DNA of 11,792 nt from Candidatus Micrarchaeota archaeon (GTDB lineage: Archaea; Micrarchaeota; Micrarchaeia; Anstonellales; Bilamarchaeaceae). The position numbers and the translations under genes were made by a program. This document shows positions 6,059 to 11,792 of this stretch, piece by piece (position 1 is the first letter of the stretch; every line of letters starts with the position of its first letter). The notes beneath the pieces were generated by a model. It did no database searches. It was not told the DNA's origin and worked only from the letters and a program-made list of their open reading frames with translations. Where the stretch lies: NCBI GenBank assembly GCA_040754495.1, contig JBFMCO010000070.1, positions 1 through 11,792 on the forward strand, in the 5' to 3' direction.

Positions 6059-7999
6059 TTGGCCCAGGATAAGATTACTGTAGATGAACCGCTAATCAGC
6101 ACCGATGTCGACAGCCTAATCCGCATGCTCGCAGAGCGCAAGAGGGTTCCGCTCAATGAACTCCGGCAGCTCTGCAAGATAGACAAGAAGACGATGGACA
6201 AGTGGATTGCCGTCCTCGAGGACGAGGGCTACATCACGGTCGAATACGGCCTGCGCGGCACGAATGTCCTGTGGCGCGACGAGCCCGAGGAAAGCGCGGT
6301 TCAGGTTCCGCAGGCAAGGATCGCTCCCGAATCCAGGCAGGTCCCGGCAGCTCCCGAGGAGGCCGAGGAAAGCACGGCAGAATTCTCCGAAGTCCCCCAC
6401 CCCAAGCCCGCGGAGCAGGCCGAGGAAGCGCCTGCCGGAGAGGAGGCCGCCAAGGAGCGGGGCAAGGTCAATGAAGACTTCACCGCAGTGGTCCCGCTGG
6501 ATGACGAGCCCGGCCCTGAAGAGCTCCTCAGCCAGTACCTGGCGAGGAAGCGGGGCGGGGAGGGCGAGGACATAAACAGCATCAAGTCCAGCATACTCAG
6601 CAGCATGGAGGAAGCGGAGAAGGCCGAGGACAGCAAATCCGCGCCGGCCGGCGGCGACGAGCCCGAGGCCGGGCCCGGTGGCGAAGAGGTCCCGGAAGAG
6701 GCAGCCGAGGCCGCTCCCGAAGAGCCGGAAGCGCCCGAGGAGCCCGAATCCGCGGAGGAGCCGGAGCCAATTTACCGCCAGCGCGAGACAATCAGGCCGA
6801 CCTCCAAGGAGCGCCCGCCCACGGCGGATGTGCGCGAGCTCATGAACTCGTATATGGCCGAAATCGGCAAGGAGAAGACGAAAATCGAGGAGCTCAAGAA
6901 AGAGCGTGAGGCCTTGTATCGCGAGAAGTACGTCACGATGGAGGGGAAGCTCCAGGCCGACATAGTAGTTCTCACAGAAAAAATCATCGAGAAGGAAAGC
7001 AGGGTAGCAGACCTGAAGGAGCGCGTTCTCGAGCTGCCCGACAAGGTGGACGAGCTGGAGAAGCTCCAGGGACAGATGGAAACCCTCAAGAAGGAAGGCC
7101 GCGAGGCCCTCCAGAGGACCAAGGCCAAGGCCGACCAGTTCATATCGGCAATCGGCCAGTCCAAGGCAGAGGTGGAGCAGAGGATAACGCAGGTGGGCTC
7201 GTCCCTCGATTCACAGTCCGAGAGGCTGGGCGAGCTGGAGAAGCTCAGCGCGTCGCTGGATGCCCGCTCGGCCAAACTCAAGGCCGCGCTCGAATCCGCT
7301 ACTGCACAGCTCGAGGAGCTGCAGGGCGCTGCCGGCAGCCTCTCCACAGACATCCAGGAGATCGACCGCACGAAGGGCGAAATCGCGTCCATGGCCGACT
7401 CCGTGAAGGCCGATGTGGCCGCCCGCGGCGAGGAGCTCAAATCCCTTGAGCAGGAGCTCGAGGGAGTGGAGCGCATGGAGCACTGGGTGCAGGAATACAT
7501 CCGCGATTACGAGCACAAAATCGAGGACATCGAGGGATACGTGGCAAAGAGCGAGGACGAGCTTGCCGACCTCAAAGAGGCGGCCGAGTCGCTCTACATG
7601 AAGAAATACCTCGGCGAGCTCGAGAGCCTCACGGACTCATACCAGGGCGAGCTGCACGATGCCGTCTCGAGGGAGAGGGAGATCGAGCAGAGGATGGGCG
7701 AGTCCCGGGAGAGGATATCCGCTCTCGTCAAGGAGAGCCAGGACATGATAAGGAAGCTCAAGAGCGACGCCCCCGAGGCCAGCGAGAAGGACTTCGGCAT
7801 ACTCGTCGCGAAGGTCAAGGCCAGGACCGCGAGGGCGAAAAACCTCGTCGAGGAGAAGCAGGCCGAGAGGGCGAAACTCGTGGACGAGTCGGCAAGGACG
7901 AGGAAGACCTCCAGGCCGGTCCAGAGGCCAGGCTCATCCAGGCCAGTCGCGAAGAAGGTCGCGCCTGCGAAATCCGTGGCCAAGAAGAAGGGGAAGTGA
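6059..7999 (+). CDS. Hypothetical protein (646 aa): N-terminal winged helix, Glu/Pro/Ala-rich acidic linker, long coiled coil, Lys/Arg-rich tail
   Basis: Long ORF with host-like GC3 codon usage. STDVDSLIRML...LNELRQLCKIDKKTMDKWIAVLEDEGYITVEY resembles a wHTH. Heptad-rich E/K/L region spans about 6826-7900. The start is probably the SD-supported TTG 6059 rather than GTG 6050. Confidence 0.88.
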   Translation: MAQDKITVDEPLISTDVDSLIRMLAERKRVPLNELRQLCKIDKKTMDKWIAVLEDEGYITVEYGLRGTNVLWRDEPEESAVQVPQARIAPESRQVPAAPEEAEESTAEFSEVPHPKPAEQAEEAPAGEEAAKERGKVNEDFTAVVPLDDEPGPEELLSQYLARKRGGEGEDINSIKSSILSSMEEAEKAEDSKSAPAGGDEPEAGPGGEEVPEEAAEAAPEEPEAPEEPESAEEPEPIYRQRETIRPTSKERPPTADVRELMNSYMAEIGKEKTKIEELKKEREALYREKYVTMEGKLQADIVVLTEKIIEKESRVADLKERVLELPDKVDELEKLQGQMETLKKEGREALQRTKAKADQFISAIGQSKAEVEQRITQVGSSLDSQSERLGELEKLSASLDARSAKLKAALESATAQLEELQGAAGSLSTDIQEIDRTKGEIASMADSVKADVAARGEELKSLEQELEGVERMEHWVQEYIRDYEHKIEDIEGYVAKSEDELADLKEAAESLYMKKYLGELESLTDSYQGELHDAVSREREIEQRMGESRERISALVKESQDMIRKLKSDAPEASEKDFGILVAKVKARTARAKNLVEEKQAERAKLVDESARTRKTSRPVQRPGSSRPVAKKVAPAKSVAKKKGK

Positions 8000-8000
8000 C

Positions 8001-8020
8001 TTTTCTTTTCCTTCTTTTTT
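8001..8020 (+). terminator. Oligo-T archaeal terminator
   Basis: TTTTCTTTTCCTTCTTTTTT starts 2 nt after stop 7999. Confidence 0.6.
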
Positions 8021-8033
8021 ATCAGGGATACCC

Positions 8034-8468
8034 ATGGGCAGGGTTGCACTCGGAAAGGCAGGCGCAATGGCGCTCGCACTCTCAATAGCCCCCGGCTGCT
8101 TCCAGCACTACGGCCCGGGGTATCAGGAATCAGGCTTCATGCGCTCCCGCATATGCGCCCCTTTCTGCTCTTATGCCGGCTATTCGACGCACAGGAGGGA
8201 AGTGCAGGAAGGCGACCTGGTCGGGGGCGCGCTTCCCGGCTCGTCCGTGCCTTATGCTGACTGGACGATAATGAGGATAACCCCCTCAGGCGTGGAGCTT
8301 GCCCCGCGTCCTGATTCATCCGAGCGCGTCTTCATCCCCTATGGCAGGCAGGAGAGCATCCAGACGGACGTCCCGCGCCCGAACGAAACCTACATGGGCG
8401 GCCTGCTTTTCGAGGAAGGCCCGAGGTCCGGGACGGCGATCATGACAGTTTTGGAAAGGGTATACTAG
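8034..8468 (+). CDS. Hypothetical secreted/lipoprotein-like protein (144 aa), paralogue of the downstream gene
   Basis: Basic then hydrophobic N-terminus ending IAPG-C22; C-terminal domain motifs shared with 8479-9177. Confidence 0.75.
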   Translation: MGRVALGKAGAMALALSIAPGCFQHYGPGYQESGFMRSRICAPFCSYAGYSTHRREVQEGDLVGGALPGSSVPYADWTIMRITPSGVELAPRPDSSERVFIPYGRQESIQTDVPRPNETYMGGLLFEEGPRSGTAIMTVLERVY

Positions 8469-8478
8469 AGGTGTGTTG

Positions 8479-9177
8479 ATGGTAAACACTCTTCTGAGAC
8501 AGAAAACAGCTGAAATATCTCATGCCCTCGGAAAAAATTTCCTGGGTGCCGCGGTTTTGGCTGCCGGCCTGGCTTTGACGCCAAGTTGCATGAAAGTCGA
8601 GCAGCCGCCTCCCGCCCGTTCGCCACCCGCTATAATGAAGAACACAGAAGGCGCCTTAGTGCAAGCGGAAACCCGACCGTCCGAAGAGACCGGAGCCGAT
8701 AGCGGACAACCTGGCAACCCAAAAGCCGCAATGTTGGATTCCCTGGAGCGTCTGCTCGCTGAGTGCGGTGGCGACGTGGGTTGCATACAAAGGACGTCTC
8801 TCGAGAGAATCGCTTCTGAAAAAGAAAACCCCCTTCGGCAAAATTACAAGCCTATAAGCAAAGCGGAAAAGGCCAGGCTCGAGGCCGCTTCTGTCGAGCC
8901 ATATTTTATAGAAATATCAAACAGGACAGGGGTTGGTGGGGAAATATCTACTACCTCCTGGTACGCAGTCAAGCCAGGAGATATCATCTCATGGCGCAAC
9001 CCGACGCCTAATGATGTGAACATCGCAAAGGTTCTGAGAATAAACGATACCGGCGTAGATCTTAAAGAAGTAGATTTTGAAGACGTATGGCATCTCTACT
9101 TCGGTGAAGGGACGCCTTTTACGATTGAGGCCTATAAAGGCAAGAATGGCGCTGCCGTCTTGAAAATAATAGAATAA
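8479..9177 (+). CDS. Hypothetical secreted/lipoprotein-like protein (232 aa; start ATG 8479)
   Basis: SD GAGGTG at 8468-8473. Signal-like ALGKNFLGAAVLAAGLALTPS-C37, Pro/Ser-rich linker, CGGDVGC pair, C-terminal domain shared with 8034-8468. Confidence 0.8.
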   Translation: MVNTLLRQKTAEISHALGKNFLGAAVLAAGLALTPSCMKVEQPPPARSPPAIMKNTEGALVQAETRPSEETGADSGQPGNPKAAMLDSLERLLAECGGDVGCIQRTSLERIASEKENPLRQNYKPISKAEKARLEAASVEPYFIEISNRTGVGGEISTTSWYAVKPGDIISWRNPTPNDVNIAKVLRINDTGVDLKEVDFEDVWHLYFGEGTPFTIEAYKGKNGAAVLKIIE

Positions 9178-9180
9178 AAG

Positions 9181-9759
9181 CTACAATCTCATCTGGTCCT
9201 TCTTCTCGGCCCTGCTCCTTGCGTCATCAACTATGGCCAGCCAGGAATCGCCGATTTTCATGAAGTAGTTGCCGAACGTCTTCGAGAGCGATATGCGCAT
9301 CGGGCGGAATTTCCTCTTGCTCTCGACTGCCACCACCGTATCCCGCTCGACCTTTATCATCCCCACGCGCTTGAGCCTCGGAAGGACGCGGTTGTAGAAC
9401 GTCGCCTTCGAGATGCAGCCGCTCCGTACGAACTCAGCGGTCTCCTCGCCGGACACCTGCGTCTTTTCGGCGAGCAGCCTCAGGAAGCCGAGCGCAATCT
9501 CGTAATACTTCGGCTGGTATTTTTTCGAGAAGATGAAATTGGCGACCTCATCGACGTTCCAGGTGTTCCTCGTGATGGTCTCGTTCCTGTCCTGGAACGA
9601 GCGCAGCTCCTCGCTGTCGTGCCTGGGGAGATAGATGGATTCGGACGACGGCACGCCACGGGAGGAAATCTGACGGCCCGCGGCATCCGGTTTCCGGTCT
9701 CCGGCATCGTTGTCGTCGGGTTTAGGGTTCTGGGTTTCGGCTTCGTCCTGGTCGCTCAT
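9181..9759 (-). CDS. Hypothetical protein with probable winged-helix domain (192 aa; start ATG 9759)
   Basis: Disordered acidic N-terminus, then ALGFLRLLAEK...EETAEFVRSGCISKATFYNRVLPRLKRVGMIKVER (wHTH-like). TATA-like CTTATATT 22-29 nt upstream supports ATG 9759 over 9873. Confidence 0.8.
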   Translation of the reverse strand: MSDQDEAETQNPKPDDNDAGDRKPDAAGRQISSRGVPSSESIYLPRHDSEELRSFQDRNETITRNTWNVDEVANFIFSKKYQPKYYEIALGFLRLLAEKTQVSGEETAEFVRSGCISKATFYNRVLPRLKRVGMIKVERDTVVAVESKRKFRPMRISLSKTFGNYFMKIGDSWLAIVDDARSRAEKKDQMRL

Positions 9760-9780
9760 GCGAAGATTGGGAATAGAAAA

Positions 9781-9788
9781 AATATAAG
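9781..9788 (-). promoter_or_regulatory. Putative TATA box for the wHTH gene (leaderless)
   Basis: Minus-strand CTTATATT 22-29 nt upstream of ATG 9759. Confidence 0.55.
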
Positions 9789-9818
9789 GTTTACCGTGAC
9801 GGTGATATTCGTTCCGGA

Positions 9819-10199
9819 TTACATCTTCGTTGGCTGGAATATGCCTATGACGTTCCCCTCGCAGTCCATGCACAGCTGGTAAAAGCCCATGTCCCCGACG
9901 GTCATCTTCTCCCCGACAGCCTTGCCGCCGGCCGCCTTCAGCTTCTTGAGCGTATCCTCGATGGAATCCACGCCCATCACGATTACCGGCCCCTCGCCCT
10001 TCTTCATCCTCTTCTTCAGGCCGCCGTTTATCGCCCCGGGCCTCTTGGGCATGAACTTGTCGTCCACCTCGACGGTGTAAGCCATCGTATAATCCATCTC
10101 CGGGACGTCGTCCAGCTTCCAGCCGAACACGTCCTTATAGAACTTCTTAGCCCTCTTCACATCGTCTGCCGGTATCTCGAAATGCACTACCGAGTCCAT
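9819..10199 (-). CDS. VOC (glyoxalase/bleomycin-resistance) family protein (126 aa; start ATG 10199)
   Basis: VVHFEIPADDVKRAKKFYKDVFGW, INGGL, VDSIEDTLKKL...GG and DCEGNVIGIFQ motifs; SD-like GGTGG upstream. Confidence 0.92.
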   Translation of the reverse strand: MDSVVHFEIPADDVKRAKKFYKDVFGWKLDDVPEMDYTMAYTVEVDDKFMPKRPGAINGGLKKRMKKGEGPVIVMGVDSIEDTLKKLKAAGGKAVGEKMTVGDMGFYQLCMDCEGNVIGIFQPTKM

Positions 10200-10256
10200 A
10201 AGACCACCGGCAGTTCTAGGGGCAGGCAGGAATAAATAGGTGCGCCTAACTCGCAC

Positions 10257-10568
10257 TTACTCCCCGAAAATAGAGCCGAAGCCGCTCTCGGCCTCCTCCT
10301 CTTCCTTGACGACCTTCTCGGCAACGCGCTTCTCGACGTCCGGCGGCGCGATCTTCACGATGGCCTTGAGCTTCTCGTCGGCTTTTTTTATGAAGTCGTC
10401 CGAAGCCTTCATGTACAAGTAGGTCTTGCCATTGTCCTCGCCGAGGGCCGCCCCGTCCTTGAGCTTGTAGCCCACGCGCGCGAAGCTGTCGTCGGCGTAC
10501 GGGTCGGCCTCGAGGAGCTTCGTCAGCTCCGCTTTCTTCTGGTTCTCGCACTCATAAACGCGCTGCAT
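10257..10568 (-). CDS. Hypothetical protein (103 aa) with acidic C-terminal tail ending GFGSIFGE
   Basis: Clean ORF with host codon usage, TGATG overlap with the upstream membrane-protein stop, and a mixed alpha/beta pattern. Confidence 0.88.
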   Translation of the reverse strand: MQRVYECENQKKAELTKLLEADPYADDSFARVGYKLKDGAALGEDNGKTYLYMKASDDFIKKADEKLKAIVKIAPPDVEKRVAEKVVKEEEEAESGFGSIFGE

Positions 10569-11323
10569 CAGTCTTCTCCCTCATCAGCCTTTATTTTCAG
10601 CGAATCCTCCATCATGACTATCATCGAGGCATAGAGCACCGGATACGCGAAGAAGATGGTCACGAACTGCACGAAGGGGATGAAGTTGAGGATCCAGACG
10701 ACTGCAAAGAGCGAATACATTGTTATGAAGAAGATATGCCTCTTCCTGAGGAAGTCGAAGGCGTGCTTCATGGAGCTGAAGAAGTCGGTCCCAAGCGCAC
10801 CGGCCGAGATGAACGCGGGCGTGAAGAGCAGGTGCACCACGAACGTGACGAAAAGCAGGTAGAGGTAGAGAAGGACGTCCATGAACTCCACGTCGCTGAC
10901 GAAGTAGACGAACACCGCGATGAACGGGCCGGCAAGAAGCAGCCACAACAGGTCCCGGAGGAGCATCACGCCGAACATCTCCGGCGCCTTGTCCAGGGCG
11001 TACGAATAGAATTTCGTCAGGCTCATCTTCTCCTTCCAGGCTGCCGAGCGGTAGGCGCGCGCGAGGGCCGCATTCAGCCCGCCGCTGAAGAATACGAACA
11101 GGAGGCCTATCACGCCGAAGATGGCCATGGTCGGCAGGGCCGAGGGGTCCAGGTCCTTCCCGAACATGGACAGCGATATGAAATACGCGAGAACGACGCC
11201 CAGGGCCGCGAAGAAGAACGCTATGAGGAGGATGATATACATCAGCGAGCCCCACACGAAAAGGAAAGGATTCTTCGAATACGCGTTGAATGCCTTGGTG
11301 ATGCTCTCAATCAAATCTTCCAC
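10568..11323 (-). CDS. Multi-pass membrane protein of unknown function (251 aa, about 5-6 TM segments; GTG start)
   Basis: Several long Phe/Leu/Ile/Val-rich stretches, e.g. FLFVWGSLMYIILLIAFFFAALGVVLAYF, MAIFGVIGLLFVFF, LLWLLLAGPFIAVFVYFV, VLLYLYLLFVTFVVHLLF and IFFITMYSLFAVVWIL. Confidence 0.88.
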   Translation of the reverse strand: MEDLIESITKAFNAYSKNPFLFVWGSLMYIILLIAFFFAALGVVLAYFISLSMFGKDLDPSALPTMAIFGVIGLLFVFFSGGLNAALARAYRSAAWKEKMSLTKFYSYALDKAPEMFGVMLLRDLLWLLLAGPFIAVFVYFVSDVEFMDVLLYLYLLFVTFVVHLLFTPAFISAGALGTDFFSSMKHAFDFLRKRHIFFITMYSLFAVVWILNFIPFVQFVTIFFAYPVLYASMIVMMEDSLKIKADEGED

Positions 11324-11348
11324 CTTTTGATAGTGCTAGCAGAGCAAA

Positions 11349-11358
11349 TTATTTAAAT
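11349..11358. promoter_or_regulatory. Putative bidirectional TATA element between the membrane-protein gene and ppcA
   Basis: TTATTTAAAT containing the palindrome ATTTAAAT (11351-11358), about 21-28 nt from ppcA ATG 11379 and about 26-35 nt from GTG 11323. Confidence 0.55.
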
Positions 11359-11378
11359 GACGCGTCCGTTTTCCATCC

Positions 11379-11792
11379 ATGATTGAAGTCCCGCGCTGCA
11401 TGAGCACGCAGCATCCGGACAACGTGACGACGCCCTTCTTCTCAGACTCGGACATCCTGGCAGGCGAAGCCGAGGTGAAGGAGGCGTTCTTCGTCTTCTC
11501 CCAGCTCGGCTGCCACGAGCAGATGTGGGATTCGGAAGGCAAGGAGGTCGACAACCAGGTCGTGGAGAAGCTGCTCTCCCGCTACCACGACTTCTTCATG
11601 AAGCGGAGGCTCGGCCGCGACCTCTTCCTCACCTACCGCGTCCCGAACCCCTCGGTGGAAAAAGCCCAGGGCAAGATACTCCTCGAGACGCTCCACAGCA
11701 TACCCCGCGCATTCGATGTGGCGAAGACCGCCGGCCTGGACGTTGCGCCCATCTTCGAGGTCATCATTCCCATGACGACCTCGCACCTGGAG
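11379..11792 (+). CDS. ppcA: Archaeal-type phosphoenolpyruvate carboxylase, 5' part (138 codons; runs off the window; absent from the ORF track)
   Basis: MIEVPRCMSTQHPDNV, EQMWDSEGKEVD, LGRDLFLTYRVPNP, LLETLHSIPR and APIFEVIIPMTTS motifs. Confidence 0.95.
   Translation, partial: MIEVPRCMSTQHPDNVTTPFFSDSDILAGEAEVKEAFFVFSQLGCHEQMWDSEGKEVDNQVVEKLLSRYHDFFMKRRLGRDLFLTYRVPNPSVEKAQGKILLETLHSIPRAFDVAKTAGLDVAPIFEVIIPMTTSHLE

Noticed and set aside
6715-6767. EEPE-type repeats as a DNA repeat array or CRISPR
   Set aside because: Irregular, codon-degenerate protein low-complexity sequence; no constant-length repeat-spacer pattern occurs anywhere in the window.
6059-7999. SMC/Rad50 or chemoreceptor identity for the coiled-coil protein
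   Set aside because: No Walker A/B, ABC signature, hinge or zinc-hook, MCP signalling hairpin or TM helices are visible.
9718-9740. TTTAGGG plant-telomere-like repeat as eukaryotic contamination
   Set aside because: Only one exact unit, embedded in frame in a continuous archaeal ORF.
10206-10215. 10-bp match (ACCGGCAGTT) to the IS hairpin arm upstream of the VOC gene
   Set aside because: Only one arm, no hairpin, and it overlaps the VOC SD region; likely chance.
10257-10568. Annotation as ribosomal protein P1/L12 or aEF1B
   Set aside because: It lacks the P1 N-terminal helical domain and Ala-rich hinge and the aEF1B PIAFGL motif; only the tail is stalk-like.
11336-11786. Minus-strand ORFs 11336..11554 and 11442..11786
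   Set aside because: Antisense shadows of ppcA.

Overview
GC-rich archaeal chromosomal window, most likely DPANN and plausibly Micrarchaeota. This is inferred from archaeal-type TPI, uL16/L10e and PpcA, TATA-box and leaderless gene starts, and BHB-type tRNA introns at a non-canonical site. Left to right: (1) the right end of a probable IS200/IS605-family element whose TnpA ends in a PCNA-binding PIP box, inserted into a small HTH gene that the ORF track missed; (2) tpiA; (3) tRNA-Ser(CGA) split by two introns (30/31 and 37/38); (4) the AmmeMemoRadiSam operon (amrS-amrB-amrA); (5) divergent pdxS-pdxT; (6) rpl10e; (7) a 646-aa winged-helix/acidic/coiled-coil/basic-tail protein; (8) two tandem paralogous secreted lipoprotein-like proteins sharing an unrecognised C-terminal domain; (9) a minus-strand cluster of a wHTH orphan, a VOC protein, a 103-aa protein with a ribosomal-stalk-like C-terminal tail and a multi-pass membrane protein; (10) the 5' part of archaeal PEP carboxylase. 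No CRISPR array or rRNA is present. The most interesting signals are the double-intron tRNA, the PIP-box transposase, the stalk-tail mimic protein and the lipoprotein paralogue pair. All assignments are by eye, without database searches.
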